Numbered from the stretch's first letter, positions 50,244 through 61,450 are shown. The stretch is DNA of 64,000 nucleotides from an uncultured SAR116 cluster alpha proteobacterium (GCA_902528415.1 CABZSR010000008.1:8832-72831), one strand, 5' to 3'. Numbers and translations are program-made. Notes: generated by a model not told the origin, from the sequence alone.

Positions 50244-51040
50244 GTAAGCAGATCCATCCAACATCTATAATACACAATGGCAGTGAAATTGAGGACAATG
50301 TGATTATAGGTCCTTATTCTATAATTGGACCGAATGTAAAAATTAATAAAAACACAAAAATTCACTCTCACGTGATTATTGTAGGTAATACAACTATTGG
50401 CTTTAACAACGAAATTTACCCTTTTTCTGCAATTGGATCGGACCCTCAACATTTGAAATATGATGGAAAGTTAACTGAACTTATAATAGGTAACCATAAT
50501 ATTTTTAGAGAACATGTTACAATTCATCCTGGAACAAATGTAGGCACAAAAAAGACAATTATAGGTAATAACGGTTTTTTTATGGTCGGTTCTCATGTAG
50601 CACATGACTGTATAGTCGGTAATAATGTTGTTTTTGTTAATAATGCAGTTATTGGTGGTCATGTTGAAATTTCAGATTATGTATATTTAGGAGGACAAAG
50701 TGCTGTACATCAATTTTGTAGAATTGGAAAACATGCCATTATCGGCGCTGGCACCACTATAGATGGTGATGTTATTCCATTTACTTCAGTTGTTGGCAGT
50801 AGAGGTTATCTAAGTGGATTAAATTTAGTAGGTTTGAAAAGAAGATCTTTTAAAAAAGAAGAGATAAAAACATTAAGAAATGTTTACAGGCTGCTATTTG
50901 CTCCTGAAGGCACGTTTAATGAGCGGTTATCTGAGGTTAACGATACATATAGTGATAATTCTTTCGTAAAAGAGATATTAGTGTTTCTTTCAGAAAATTC
51001 AAATAGACCCTTAGTTCATCCAAAAATGGATAAATTTTAA
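50240..51040 (+). CDS. lpxA: UDP-N-acetylglucosamine O-acyltransferase
   Basis: PQHLKY, HVAHDC, VHQFCRIG, GLNLVGLKRR. Confidence 0.97.
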   Translation: MSKQIHPTSIIHNGSEIEDNVIIGPYSIIGPNVKINKNTKIHSHVIIVGNTTIGFNNEIYPFSAIGSDPQHLKYDGKLTELIIGNHNIFREHVTIHPGTNVGTKKTIIGNNGFFMVGSHVAHDCIVGNNVVFVNNAVIGGHVEISDYVYLGGQSAVHQFCRIGKHAIIGAGTTIDGDVIPFTSVVGSRGYLSGLNLVGLKRRSFKKEEIKTLRNVYRLLFAPEGTFNERLSEVNDTYSDNSFVKEILVFLSENSNRPLVHPKMDKF

Positions 51041-51849
51041 TGAAAATTGCTATAATTGCAGGCAGTGGTAATTTACCAGTACAAATAGCAACGCAAAACA
51101 AAGAAGCTTTTGTATTGTGTATTAAATATTATTCTTGTCCTAATTCATTTCAAAATAAGTCCGAAATTGTTTCTTTATTTGATCCTATTAGTTGGTTAAC
51201 CGTCTTAAAAACTAACAATATAACTCATATTGTAATGGCAGGTAAAATTGAAAGACCGTCTAATTTTGATAAAATTACTAACGAAAAAGCTAATGAATTG
51301 ATAAATAAAATTATATCTGTGGGAGACAATTCAGCTTTAAATTATATACAGGACTTTTTTAATAAAAATGGTTTTGAAATACTTCCAATTAATTCAATAT
51401 TAAAAGACTGCTTCATGCCAAAGGGTTTTTATCAAGAAAAGTTATTTTCTCAAAATTTAAAAGATTTTGTTTATAAAAGTAGTCTGTTTGGTGTAGATCT
51501 ACTCAACACACTTTCAAAATTTGATGTTGGTCAGTCAGTTGTAGTAAATAATAAGCTTGTTTACGCAATTGAGGGATTAGAAGGAACCAACTCTATGATT
51601 GATAGAGTTGGAATTTTATATAACCATAATAAAAATCGTTATGACTTTGGACCTGTTCTAATTAAAATACCTAAAACTGGCCAGAATACCAATTTAGATT
51701 TACCAGTAATAGGATTAGAGACAGTTGAAAAATGTAAAAAATTACGTTTCAGCTCTATTGTTGTATCCTCAAAGGGTACATTGATTGCAGAGTTAAATAA
51801 AGTAATGGCATATATTAAAGAGAATAACTTTTGTATTTATGCAATCTAA
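51040..51849 (+). CDS. lpxI: UDP-2,3-diacylglucosamine diphosphatase LpxI
   Basis: IIAGSGNLP, DVGQSVV, AIEGLEGT, DLPVIG; lies between lpxA and lpxB. Confidence 0.92.
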   Translation: MKIAIIAGSGNLPVQIATQNKEAFVLCIKYYSCPNSFQNKSEIVSLFDPISWLTVLKTNNITHIVMAGKIERPSNFDKITNEKANELINKIISVGDNSALNYIQDFFNKNGFEILPINSILKDCFMPKGFYQEKLFSQNLKDFVYKSSLFGVDLLNTLSKFDVGQSVVVNNKLVYAIEGLEGTNSMIDRVGILYNHNKNRYDFGPVLIKIPKTGQNTNLDLPVIGLETVEKCKKLRFSSIVVSSKGTLIAELNKVMAYIKENNFCIYAI

Positions 51850-51876
51850 ATTATTTAAACAACTTTTAACAAATTT

Positions 51877-53085
51877 ATGCCAATGGTCAATAATAACAAA
51901 ATATTTATATTAGCAGGAGAATCTTCAAGTGACTTGATAGGTTCTTCCATAATCAAAGGTTTAAAAAAGAATAGCAAAGAATTAAATTTCTTTGGTGTAG
52001 GTGGTCCTAATATGATCAAAGAAGGGTTACGTTCTGTCTATGAAATAAATTCTTTTAATATTATTGGATTTTTAAACACTATTTATAATTTTAAAAAATT
52101 AAATAAATATTTAAATGAAATTGTTAAATTGATTTTAAAAGAAAAACCAAAAGTTGTAATCACAATTGATACAAAAGGTTTTTCTCTTGCCTTAGCAAAA
52201 CAGTTAAAATTAAAATTTTCTGAAACTAAGTTTAAATGTCCTTTGATACATTTTGTACCTCCAACTATATGGGCATATGGGAAATCAAGGATTAAAAAAT
52301 GGAAAAATATGCATGACGGTTTGTTTTGTCTATTTAAAAAAGAAGAGGCTATTTTTAATAAACTTAATACTAAATGTAATTATGTTGGCAATCCTGTAAT
52401 TGAAAAGGTCTTAAATTATAATAATAAAAATAACACTAAACTAATTAATAATAAATCTTACCATAATCCTAAAAATATAAACTGTTTATTGTTACCGGGT
52501 AGTAGAGAAAGTGAATTAAAATATTTGCTACCTGAATTTATTTCTTTGATTACAAGTGAAAATCCGAAATTTACTAACATAAATTGGATTATTTCAACAA
52601 CAAAGCCTCAATTTGAAGAAGTGATTTCAAAAATTAAAAAGTTCAATATTTCATCTAATACTAAAGTAGTTATACTTGAAGAAAATTATGAATTACTTAA
52701 ATATGCAGATTTAGCAATTGCATGCAGTGGAACAATTACGCTTGAGTTAGTTTTATTTGAAGTCCCAACTATAGCAATTTACAAATCAGATTTTTTAAGT
52801 GCATTTATAGGAAGATTATTAGTTGATTTTCAGAATGTGTTACTTCCTAATTTTTTGTTAGGAGATAAGTTAGTACCATTTCTATTTCAAGAAAAGTGTA
52901 GCTCTTTTCATATTAGCAATTTATTAATTGAATTTATTCAGGATATTGAAAATAAAAAAAAATTATTTAGAAATTATTCACAAATTATTCTTAATAATAT
53001 GGGCTACCAAGAACCAAGAGAATTGGATTTTTCAACTAGCTCATGTAAGGAGATAATTAAAATTATAAATAATTACAAATATTAA
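51877..53085 (+). CDS. lpxB: Lipid-A-disaccharide synthase
   Basis: AGESSSD, PPTIWA, LLPGSRESE, SGTITLE. Confidence 0.95.
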   Translation: MPMVNNNKIFILAGESSSDLIGSSIIKGLKKNSKELNFFGVGGPNMIKEGLRSVYEINSFNIIGFLNTIYNFKKLNKYLNEIVKLILKEKPKVVITIDTKGFSLALAKQLKLKFSETKFKCPLIHFVPPTIWAYGKSRIKKWKNMHDGLFCLFKKEEAIFNKLNTKCNYVGNPVIEKVLNYNNKNNTKLINNKSYHNPKNINCLLLPGSRESELKYLLPEFISLITSENPKFTNINWIISTTKPQFEEVISKIKKFNISSNTKVVILEENYELLKYADLAIACSGTITLELVLFEVPTIAIYKSDFLSAFIGRLLVDFQNVLLPNFLLGDKLVPFLFQEKCSSFHISNLLIEFIQDIENKKKLFRNYSQIILNNMGYQEPRELDFSTSSCKEIIKIINNYKY

Positions 53086-54387
53086 TTATCTTTTATCTAA
53101 ATTGACAAAATCTCTTTTGATTTCCCCAGTATAAAGTTGTCTAGGTCTTCCTATTCTCTGAACCGGGTCAGTTATCATTTCATTCCACTGAGCAACCCAT
53201 CCAACTGTTCTTGCAACAGCAAATAAAACAGTAAACATATCTGTTGGAAATCCCATTGCTTTAAGTATAATACCTGAATAAAAATCAACATTTGGATAAA
53301 GTTTTTTCTCTATAAAGTATTCATCATTAAGAGCAATTTTTTCTAACTCCATTGCTATCTCCAACAAAGGATCATTCTTTACACCTAATAGCTCTAACAC
53401 TTCATGACATGAAACTCTCATAACTGCGGCTCTAGGATCATAGTTTTTATATACCCTGTGACCAAATCCAAATAATCTAAACGGATCATTCTTATCTTTA
53501 GCTTTACCTACAAATTCTCCAATTCTATCAACAGTTCCAATTTCTGATAGCATTTTCAATACGGCTTCGTTTGCTCCACCATGAGCAGGACCCCAAAGAG
53601 AGGCTATACCTGCTGCAATACATGCAAAAGGGTTTGCACCAGATGAACCAGATATTCTAACTGTTGAAGTTGAAGCATTTTGCTCATGATCAGCATGTAA
53701 AATCAAAATCTTGTCCATAGCATTTGCTATGATAGGATTTATATTATATTTTTCGGCAGGAACAGAAAAACACATATGAAGGAAATTTTCTGCATATGAT
53801 AAGTTATTTTGAGGGTAATTAAATGGTTGTCCAAGAGAGTATTTATAAGCCATAGCTGCAATTGTTGGAATTTTTGCTATTAATCTTCTAGAGGAGACTA
53901 ATCTCTCATAAGGATCATTAATATTGGTTGAATCAGGATAAAAAGCTGAGAGAGCACCGACAACACCTACCATAATAGCCATAGGGTGAGCGTCACGCCT
54001 AAATCCCCTATAGAAATTAATTAATTGTTCATGAACCATTGTATGAAAAGTAATAGCATTTTCAAATTCATCTTTTTCAGGCTTTTTAGGTAATTCACCA
54101 TTAAGCAATAAGTAAGCAACTTCTAAAAAACTACTTTTATTGGCTAATTGGTCTATTGGATAACCTCTATGCAATAAAACACCTTTTTCACCATCGATAT
54201 ATGTTATTGCTGACTCGCATGAACCTGTTGATCCATAGCCAGGGTCATAGGTAAATATGCCTAAATTACTATAAAGAGATCTTATATCTACTACAGATGG
54301 TCCAACTGATCCAGATAAAGTTTCTAATTTTAATTCTTTACCATTAAAGACAATTTTATTTTTTTCTGATGATGAATTATTTGACAT
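53086..54387 (-). CDS. gltA: Citrate synthase (type II)
   Basis: [37 protein letters not shown]. Confidence 0.98.
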   Translation of the reverse strand: MSNNSSSEKNKIVFNGKELKLETLSGSVGPSVVDIRSLYSNLGIFTYDPGYGSTGSCESAITYIDGEKGVLLHRGYPIDQLANKSSFLEVAYLLLNGELPKKPEKDEFENAITFHTMVHEQLINFYRGFRRDAHPMAIMVGVVGALSAFYPDSTNINDPYERLVSSRRLIAKIPTIAAMAYKYSLGQPFNYPQNNLSYAENFLHMCFSVPAEKYNINPIIANAMDKILILHADHEQNASTSTVRISGSSGANPFACIAAGIASLWGPAHGGANEAVLKMLSEIGTVDRIGEFVGKAKDKNDPFRLFGFGHRVYKNYDPRAAVMRVSCHEVLELLGVKNDPLLEIAMELEKIALNDEYFIEKKLYPNVDFYSGIILKAMGFPTDMFTVLFAVARTVGWVAQWNEMITDPVQRIGRPRQLYTGEIKRDFVNLDKR

Positions 54388-54432
54388 GTATTACCTGCTT
54401 AAAAAATTTTTAATCAATAATTAATTATGAAA

Positions 54433-55806
54433 TTAGTATTTATAATTTAGTCGATTTAACGAAATTGTACAACCTAGTTCATAAATAATTGATACCAAGT
54501 CTGGAGCATTAGTTTTTCCTGTTAAAGCAATTCTAAGAATTGGTCCAACTTCTTTAAATTTCAGAGTGTTATCCTGAAAATATTTTTTTAAACAGTAGTC
54601 TATAGACATTTTGCTCCATTCACATTTTTTTAATAAATCACCGATACCGTTAATTATTAAATTATTTTCTTGCAATAGTTTTACCTTATTTGTTTCTTTA
54701 CAAAGAAAGTTATCATCAATTATCCATTCAAAGTCATCTTTTAGGTCTATATATACATTAACTCTTTTTAAAAGGTCAGGTAATAGTGCCTTTAACCTTC
54801 TTTCCTGATTAATATTTAAAACTAATTCAAATCTTTCAGTTAATAAATTATATATTGTATTAATATCGATCTTATTTAGGTACTTTGAATTAATGCTGTA
54901 AAGTTTTTTAATATCAAATTTAGCAGGAGATTTGTTAATTTTTTTTAGTGAAAATAATTCAATGGCTTTTTCAAATTCATAATCTTCATCGTTATCATTA
55001 TGAGATGTCCATCCTAATTGCGTCAAATATAATAACATTGCCTCACGTGTAAAGCCCATATTACGATAATCGATTAAGTTCGTTGCTCCATGTCTTTTAG
55101 ATAATTTAGAACCGTCTGTTCCATGTATTAGCGGTATGTGTGCATAAGAAGGTTTTTTCCAGTTTAAAAAATTAATAATCTGTATTTGTCTAAATGCATT
55201 ATTGAAGTGATCATCTCCTCTAATTATGTGAGTTATACCCATCTCATAATCGTCAACAACTGAAGATAACATATACGTTGGTGTTTTATCAGATCTAAGA
55301 ATTATCATGTCATCAAGTATTTCGTTTTTTACTGATACCTCTCCTTGCACATAATCTTTTATGGTAGTTGTACCTTTTATGGGCATTTTAAGCCTAATAA
55401 CATATTCATCTTTTTCACTGTTACATTTATTATCTCTCCATGGAGATTTTATCGGTTTTCCATTAGCTCTACTTTTAATCCTTAAATCATTTAATTCTTT
55501 TGAATTTAAGAAGCATTTATAAGCAAATCCTTTGTCTAAAAGTTCATGAACAACCTTCACGTGGGATTCTAAATTTTTAGATTGGTATATTATTTTTTCT
55601 GAAGAATTTATACCAAGCCAATTAAGACCATCATATATAGCTTCAACTGCTTCACTAGTTGATCTTTTTGTGTCTGTGTCTTCTATTCTAACTAAGTATT
55701 TACCGTTGTGTCTTTTGGCAAATAAGTAATTAAATATAGCGGTTCTAGCACCGCCTATATGCAAATAACCTGTAGGTGAAGGAGCAAATCTAGTTACAAT
55801 TTTCAA
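54433..55806 (-). CDS. gltX: Glutamate--tRNA ligase
   Basis: RFAPSPTGYLHIGG, IRGDDH, KLSKR. Confidence 0.97.
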   Translation of the reverse strand: MKIVTRFAPSPTGYLHIGGARTAIFNYLFAKRHNGKYLVRIEDTDTKRSTSEAVEAIYDGLNWLGINSSEKIIYQSKNLESHVKVVHELLDKGFAYKCFLNSKELNDLRIKSRANGKPIKSPWRDNKCNSEKDEYVIRLKMPIKGTTTIKDYVQGEVSVKNEILDDMIILRSDKTPTYMLSSVVDDYEMGITHIIRGDDHFNNAFRQIQIINFLNWKKPSYAHIPLIHGTDGSKLSKRHGATNLIDYRNMGFTREAMLLYLTQLGWTSHNDNDEDYEFEKAIELFSLKKINKSPAKFDIKKLYSINSKYLNKIDINTIYNLLTERFELVLNINQERRLKALLPDLLKRVNVYIDLKDDFEWIIDDNFLCKETNKVKLLQENNLIINGIGDLLKKCEWSKMSIDYCLKKYFQDNTLKFKEVGPILRIALTGKTNAPDLVSIIYELGCTISLNRLNYKY

Positions 55807-55870
55807 AATTATTCTCGTATTTAATGAGTTGTTAACTAGTTACATACATTACAGAAAATATAAAGAGTTT

Positions 55871-56554
55871 TTAATATTTTCTTATAAGAGTACACATCTT
55901 ACCTTGAATAGTAATTCTATCAGGGCCATAAATTTGAGTTTTATAATGCTTATTAGCTGGTTCAAGAGCAATGCTATCACCTTTTTGTCTAAACTTTTTA
56001 AGTGTGGCTTCCTCTTTGTCAATTAAGGCGACAATTATATCGCCATTTTTAACATCTGTTTGTTTATTTATTATAACAGTATCTCCATCATAAATACCTT
56101 CATCTATCATCGAGTCTCCCTCAACATATAGTGCAAAACACTCTTTGGAAGATATATATGAAGATGGCACTTCAATAAGATTGTCATAATTAGATATTGC
56201 CTCTATTGGTGTCCCTGCGGCAATTTTCCCCAAAAGGGGAATTTGTTCAACAATATAGTTTTTTGGTTCATTTATTACGCTAGTCTTTTTATCTAAAAAT
56301 TTATTAGTTAGATTTATTACATTGGTTATATATGCTTGTCCATTGGTATATTTTTTTGGAGCTATTGCTCTAGCTTTATTTTCTAAACGCTCAACGTAAC
56401 CTCTTTCCTCCAGAGATTTTACAATTCTGTGAATTCCAGATTTTGATTTTAAAGATAATTCTATGCAAATTTCCTCGTAGGATGGTGAAACACCGTCCTC
56501 TTCTATTCGCTTTATAAGAAAAGATAATAACTGATTTTGTTTTTGTGTTAACAT
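55871..56554 (-). CDS. lexA: SOS repressor LexA
   Basis: MLTQKQ, SPSYEE, SKSGIHR helix (alpha type), AAG cleavage site, GDSM, ATLK; ATG 56554 has SD GAGG. Confidence 0.97.
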   Translation of the reverse strand: MLTQKQNQLLSFLIKRIEEDGVSPSYEEICIELSLKSKSGIHRIVKSLEERGYVERLENKARAIAPKKYTNGQAYITNVINLTNKFLDKKTSVINEPKNYIVEQIPLLGKIAAGTPIEAISNYDNLIEVPSSYISSKECFALYVEGDSMIDEGIYDGDTVIINKQTDVKNGDIIVALIDKEEATLKKFRQKGDSIALEPANKHYKTQIYGPDRITIQGKMCTLIRKY

Positions 56555-56567
56555 CAAAACCTCAAAA

Positions 56568-56582
56568 GTTCATGGTTTGTTC
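56568..56582. promoter_or_regulatory. Alphaproteobacterial SOS box (LexA operator)
   Basis: Exact GTTC-N7-GTTC (GTTCatggtttGTTC) 13 nt upstream of the lexA ATG. Confidence 0.9.
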
Positions 56583-56610
56583 TAACATATTTGTTATAAA
56601 ATACAAGCGT

Positions 56611-57849
56611 TTAAATATTATTTGGAAATTTTAATATTTTGACTATCTCACCATTACTTTTAATATCATCAAAAGGTTCTCTTGTTATCAAACAGTTTGA
56701 ATGAGAAAATTTAGTTATCATGGAACTATCTTGCACACTAATTGGTATGGCATAAATGTCACCATTTTTATATTTAATATTAGCTCTCACAAAATCAAAA
56801 CGTTGATCATTTTGTGACAGTTCTCCACACAAAATAGCGTTTTCAAATATTGGAAATTGATTAGTATTTCCTAACATTGTCCTAATAGCAGTATTAACAA
56901 AAATTAGAGAACAGACTCCTGATGAAACTGGATTGCCAGGAAGCCCTATTAAAGGAGTACCATTTACTTTTGAGAATAATAATGGTTTACCAGGTCTCAT
57001 AGCAATTTTCCAAAATTCAGTTTTGTTTCTTTTAAAAAGTTTTAATGCCTTTTGAATAAGGTCATATTTACCAACTGAAACTCCACCTGTAGTTACAATT
57101 AAATCACAATCACTAGCGTCTTTTAAAATTTTATATATATCTAATTCATTATCACCAGCAACAGGCAATATTTTTGGTATTCCACCAAATTCTTGTATCA
57201 TTGCAGCAAGCATAAGACTATTGCCATTTGGTATTTGGTCTTTCTTTGGTGTTTCTCCTACTTTTATAATTTCATTACCAGTAGATAATATTGAAACAAT
57301 TGGCTTTCTTGAAACAGATAACCAAGTTTGGCCAGTCATAGCAATGGAACCAATGTGTCGAGACTTAATTACCACACCTTCGTTAAAAAGGATTTCATTT
57401 TTTTTAAAATCCAAACCTTTTTTTCTAACAAACTGGTTTTTTTTGATATTAATCTTTGTTTCAACATATTTCTTATTTGATGAATTTCTAACATCTTCTT
57501 GGACAATTATTGTATCACTTCCCAAAGGTAATTTTGCGCCAGTAAAAATTCTAACTGTTTCTAGTCCTTCAATTTTTTTTGAGAATGAATTTCCAGCAGA
57601 AGACTCTCCGATTACTTTTAGCTTCTTCGGAGTTTCTTCATTTAATTTTGTGTAATTATTGTAATTTATGGCATAACCATCCATGGAAGATACATCATAT
57701 TTTGGATTGTGTATATTACTTACAACTGGTTTTGACAAACATCTGCCTAAGGCATTTTGGATAAAAACATCCTCTGAGCTAATCTTATCAAAACTTAATT
57801 TAATTTTCTTGATAGCTTCGTCTAATGACAACAAATTAGACTTTTGCAT
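56611..57849 (-). CDS. moeA: Molybdopterin molybdenumtransferase
   Basis: SSMDGYA, IFTGA, TGGVSVG, GLPGNPVS; ATG 57849 with SD GGAG preferred over GTG 57870. Confidence 0.95.
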   Translation of the reverse strand: MQKSNLLSLDEAIKKIKLSFDKISSEDVFIQNALGRCLSKPVVSNIHNPKYDVSSMDGYAINYNNYTKLNEETPKKLKVIGESSAGNSFSKKIEGLETVRIFTGAKLPLGSDTIIVQEDVRNSSNKKYVETKINIKKNQFVRKKGLDFKKNEILFNEGVVIKSRHIGSIAMTGQTWLSVSRKPIVSILSTGNEIIKVGETPKKDQIPNGNSLMLAAMIQEFGGIPKILPVAGDNELDIYKILKDASDCDLIVTTGGVSVGKYDLIQKALKLFKRNKTEFWKIAMRPGKPLLFSKVNGTPLIGLPGNPVSSGVCSLIFVNTAIRTMLGNTNQFPIFENAILCGELSQNDQRFDFVRANIKYKNGDIYAIPISVQDSSMITKFSHSNCLITREPFDDIKSNGEIVKILKFPNNI

Positions 57850-58321
57850 TAAACTCTCCGGACTTCCCACCCGATTTATGAATAAGTTTTATGTCAGATA
57901 TAACCATTTCTCGGTCAATACTTTTGCACATATCATAAATAGTTAGTGCAGCAACTGAAACCGCGGTAAAAGCTTCCATTTCAACACCAGTTTTGCCAAC
58001 TAAGGCTGCTTCAGCTTTTATCTTTATACATGATTCTTTTATTTCAGGTTTCAAATCAACATTAACATAGGATAAAGGTATCGTATGACATAATGGTATC
58101 AATTGGTCAGTTCTCTTTGCAGCCATTATTCCTGCTATTTTAGCAATATTTAGTACGTCTCCTTTTTTAATTTTTATATCTAGTATTTTTTTAAGAGTTT
58201 CTGTTTGCATTGTTATCTTTCCAATTGCAATTGCAACTCTTTCTGTCATTTCTTTTTTGTTGATATCAACCATAGATGGATTTCCATCTTCATCTAAATG
58301 GGTTAATTTAGTTTTATTCAA
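57836..58321 (-). CDS. moaC: Cyclic pyranopterin monophosphate synthase
   Basis: MVDI, LIPLCH, TGVEMEA, IYDMCK, KSGGKSG. Confidence 0.97.
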   Translation of the reverse strand: MNKTKLTHLDEDGNPSMVDINKKEMTERVAIAIGKITMQTETLKKILDIKIKKGDVLNIAKIAGIMAAKRTDQLIPLCHTIPLSYVNVDLKPEIKESCIKIKAEAALVGKTGVEMEAFTAVSVAALTIYDMCKSIDREMVISDIKLIHKSGGKSGEFNAKV

Positions 58322-59109
58322 TTCATTAACCCCAATATTTTTTTTGTTGCCAAAATTAAATCTTTTTCTCTCATTAAGCTCTCTCCAATCAAAAAGTTTT
58401 GTATTCCGTTTTCTTTGAGTAATTGTAAATCTAAATTATTTTTAAGACCACTTTCGGCTACAATAATTTTATCAGGGTTAATAAAACTTTTTAATTTTAA
58501 AGTATTATTTATATCAACTTCCATAGTTTTAAGATTTCTATTATTTATACCAACTAATAAGGTATCAAGCTTATTAGCCATTTCAATTTCTTCCTTTGTA
58601 TGAGTTTCTACTAAAACATCCATTCCAAAATTTTTTGCTTCTTGTTCTAACATAATCGCCTCATTTAAGGTTAAAGCTGCCATTATTAACAATATACAGT
58701 CTGCTCCTAGCGATCTTGATTCTTTTATTTGCCAAGGGTCGACTATAAAATCTTTTCTTAAGATCGGTAAATCAACTTCTCTTTTTATAATATTTATGTA
58801 TTTATTATTTCCTTGAAAGTATTTTTCATCAGTTAAGACAGACAAGCATGAAGCACTACCATCTCTATAACATTTCGCTAAATGTAAAGGATCAAAATCA
58901 TTTCTAATAAGTCCTTTACTTGGAGATGCTTTTTTAATTTCTGCAATTAAGTTTAATTTCTTTGGATTATTAAGTTTGTTAATAAAGCCTCTTGGTTTTT
59001 TTTGTTGGTCTATTATTGAATGCAGTTCAAAATCTGTTATCTGACTTTTTCTATAAGAAAACTCTTCTTTTTTGTAGTTTATAATTTCTTGTAATTTTGT
59101 AATCATCAA
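58318..59109 (-). CDS. trpC: Indole-3-glycerol phosphate synthase
   Basis: IAEIKKASPSKG, LRKDF, GINNRNL, AESG. Confidence 0.97.
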   Translation of the reverse strand: MMITKLQEIINYKKEEFSYRKSQITDFELHSIIDQQKKPRGFINKLNNPKKLNLIAEIKKASPSKGLIRNDFDPLHLAKCYRDGSASCLSVLTDEKYFQGNNKYINIIKREVDLPILRKDFIVDPWQIKESRSLGADCILLIMAALTLNEAIMLEQEAKNFGMDVLVETHTKEEIEMANKLDTLLVGINNRNLKTMEVDINNTLKLKSFINPDKIIVAESGLKNNLDLQLLKENGIQNFLIGESLMREKDLILATKKILGLMN

Positions 59110-59121
59110 TGTCTTTAAACC

Positions 59122-60144
59122 TTAACTGTTTGTTATTTCAATTAACTCATTTAATTTGTTTAAAGCCTTTCCATTATCCAACGAATTAATAGACATACTT
59201 GCACCTTCTTCTAGGGACTTGGTATGTCCTGTTGCAACCAAAGCTGAAGCTGAATTTAACACAACTACATTTCTAAATGTACTTTTTTTACCATTAAATA
59301 ATTCAATTATTTCCTTTGCATTTTCTGTTGGTTCTCCTCCAATAATTTCATTGATGTTAGCTACAGGAATATCTATGTCAGATGGATTAATCGTGAATTC
59401 TCTAATTGAACCATTTTTTAATTCTGCACAATGAGTTTTACCTGTAATAGTTACCTCATCTAATCCATCACTTCCGTGAACTATCCACGCATGTGTTGAC
59501 CCAAGCCTTTTTAAAGATTCTGCAAACGGTAAAATTAATGATTTATCATATACACCCAATAATTGTCTTTTCACTAAAGCGGGGTTAGACAATGGACCAA
59601 GTAAATTGAATATAGTCCTAATTCCAATTTCTTGTCTTATTTTGCCAACATATTTCATTGCAGAATGATGTTTTGGTGCTAACAAAAAACAAATACCTAT
59701 ATTATTTAAGCATTTTTCTACTATATCTATTCTGCAGTCTATATTAACTGATAAAGATTTTAGAACATTAGCAGCACCTGACTTAGAAGTTGCGGAATAA
59801 TTACCATGTTTTGCAACTGGCACGCCAGTTCCAGCTAATACGAATGATACTGCAGTAGAAATATTCAACGTTCCTAAATTATCACCACCAGTTCCAACTA
59901 CATCTATAGTATCCTCTTTTGACGGAACTTTTAAACATTTTTCTCTAAGTATTTCTGCACCTGCAGCAATAACGATTGGGTTATGACTTTGCATTTTTAT
60001 AGCAGTTAAAAAAGATGAAATTTGAGCGTCAGTAGCTTCTCCGGACATTATTATCTCAAAAGCTAACTTACTTTGTGTGGTATTTAATTCATTTCCATCT
60101 GTAATATTTTTCAAAATATTTTTGAATTTACCATCATTATCCAT
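59122..60144 (-). CDS. trpD: Anthranilate phosphoribosyltransferase
   Basis: GTGGD, NIST, KHGN, RTIFNLLGPL, DGLDE. Confidence 0.97.
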   Translation of the reverse strand: MDNDGKFKNILKNITDGNELNTTQSKLAFEIIMSGEATDAQISSFLTAIKMQSHNPIVIAAGAEILREKCLKVPSKEDTIDVVGTGGDNLGTLNISTAVSFVLAGTGVPVAKHGNYSATSKSGAANVLKSLSVNIDCRIDIVEKCLNNIGICFLLAPKHHSAMKYVGKIRQEIGIRTIFNLLGPLSNPALVKRQLLGVYDKSLILPFAESLKRLGSTHAWIVHGSDGLDEVTITGKTHCAELKNGSIREFTINPSDIDIPVANINEIIGGEPTENAKEIIELFNGKKSTFRNVVVLNSASALVATGHTKSLEEGASMSINSLDNGKALNKLNELIEITNS

Positions 60145-60314
60145 AAAAAAACTCTTTGTCTTATTAGTTGAAAATTAATTAAATATTATAAAAAATAATT
60201 ATAATGTTTTTTATTGATTTAATCTAGGACTCTTTGTTTACATATTTAATGTGGTATTATGATACTCATCATATTAAGCTGTTGAAAATAATAAATAATA
60301 ATTAAAATTTTTGA

Positions 60315-60343
60315 TTGACTGACAAAATTAAAAGGGTTAGATA
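60315..60343 (+). promoter_or_regulatory. Putative sigma70 promoter of rplM-rpsI
   Basis: TTGACT-N17-TAGATA upstream of rplM. Confidence 0.45.
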
Positions 60344-60388
60344 ATTCTGTTTAATTAAATGTACTTAAACTTTTTTAAAGGAAATCAA

Positions 60389-60853
60389 ATGGCTTTAAAA
60401 GGTACTTATTCGGCTAAGCCTAAAGACATAACCAAAGATTGGTTTATTGTCGACGCAGAAGGTTTGGTTTTAGGACGTTTAGCAGTAATTATTGCAAATA
60501 GATTAAGAGGCAAGCATAAGGTTGGCTTTACTCCTCACATGGCATGTGGAGATAATATAATTGTTACAAATTGTGAAAAAGTTGTCTTAACAGGAAATAA
60601 GAGATCACAAAAAACATATTATTGGCATACAGGCTATCCAGGAGGTATAAAGGAAAGAAAGGCTGATAAGATTTTAGACGGTAGATTTCCTGATAGAGTT
60701 ATACGTAAAGCAGTAGAAAGAATGATCCCTCGTGGTCCTTTAGGACGTCAAGTAATGAGACAGCTATATATTTATGCTGGTAGCAATCATCCACATGAAG
60801 CGCAATCTCCACAATCTTTAGATGTAAAATCTATGAATAGAAAAAATAGTTAA
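60389..60853 (+). CDS. rplM: 50S ribosomal protein L13
   Basis: LGRLA, LRGKHK, HTGYPGG, HPHEAQ; ATG 60389 with SD AAGGA preferred over 60359. Confidence 0.97.
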   Translation: MALKGTYSAKPKDITKDWFIVDAEGLVLGRLAVIIANRLRGKHKVGFTPHMACGDNIIVTNCEKVVLTGNKRSQKTYYWHTGYPGGIKERKADKILDGRFPDRVIRKAVERMIPRGPLGRQVMRQLYIYAGSNHPHEAQSPQSLDVKSMNRKNS

Positions 60854-60863
60854 AGGTTTAATT

Positions 60864-61352
60864 ATGACTGAAGAAAACAAAGAAATTAATGATTTAAGTG
60901 ATTTATCTAAATTAAAAGAAAATGAAGAAAATCAGGTTATCCAGATTGAACCAAAAATGGACAAACTTGGAAGGTCATATGCTACAGGCAGAAGAAAAGA
61001 GTCTACAGCTAGAGTTTGGGTGAAAAGGGGTACTGGAAAAGTTTTAATTAATGGCAAAGAAATGATTAACTACTTTGCTAGGCCTGTCTTACAAATGCAA
61101 CTTAATTTTGTTTTTGATATTACAGATCGTAAAGATCAGTTCGATGTCATTGCTACAGTAAAAGGTGGTGGCTTGTCAGGGCAAGCTGGTGCAGTTAGGC
61201 ACGGCTTGAGCAGAGCCCTAAGCTTATTTGAGCCCGAACTAAGAAAACCACTTAAAACTGCAGGTATGCTTACTAGAGATTCTAGAGTTGTAGAGCGCAA
61301 AAAATACGGTAGAGCAAAAGCAAGAAAAAGCTTTCAATTTTCTAAAAGATAG
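60864..61352 (+). CDS. rpsI: 30S ribosomal protein S9
   Basis: [15 protein letters not shown]-terminal QFSKR. Confidence 0.98.
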   Translation: MTEENKEINDLSDLSKLKENEENQVIQIEPKMDKLGRSYATGRRKESTARVWVKRGTGKVLINGKEMINYFARPVLQMQLNFVFDITDRKDQFDVIATVKGGGLSGQAGAVRHGLSRALSLFEPELRKPLKTAGMLTRDSRVVERKKYGRAKARKSFQFSKR

Positions 61353-61371
61353 ATTTTATTCAATTTTATTC

Positions 61372-61400
61372 AAAAGGTGTGCATTGCGCACCTTTTTTTT
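61372..61400 (+). terminator. Rho-independent terminator after rpsI
   Basis: AAAAGGTGTGC-ATT-GCGCACCTTTT stem (one G-U pair) running into a T8 tract. Confidence 0.88.
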
Positions 61401-61450
61401 ATTTTAAATATATCATATAAGTATTTACAAAATAACAAAGGATAAAAATT

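Noticed and set aside
60145-60358. Longest spacer examined for tRNA, sRNA or trp attenuator
   Set aside because: No cloverleaf, GC-rich stem or Trp-codon leader peptide seen; consistent with divergent promoters
61353-61372. Tandem 10-mer ATTTTATTCA x2 after rpsI
   Set aside because: Only two low-complexity copies; probably slippage
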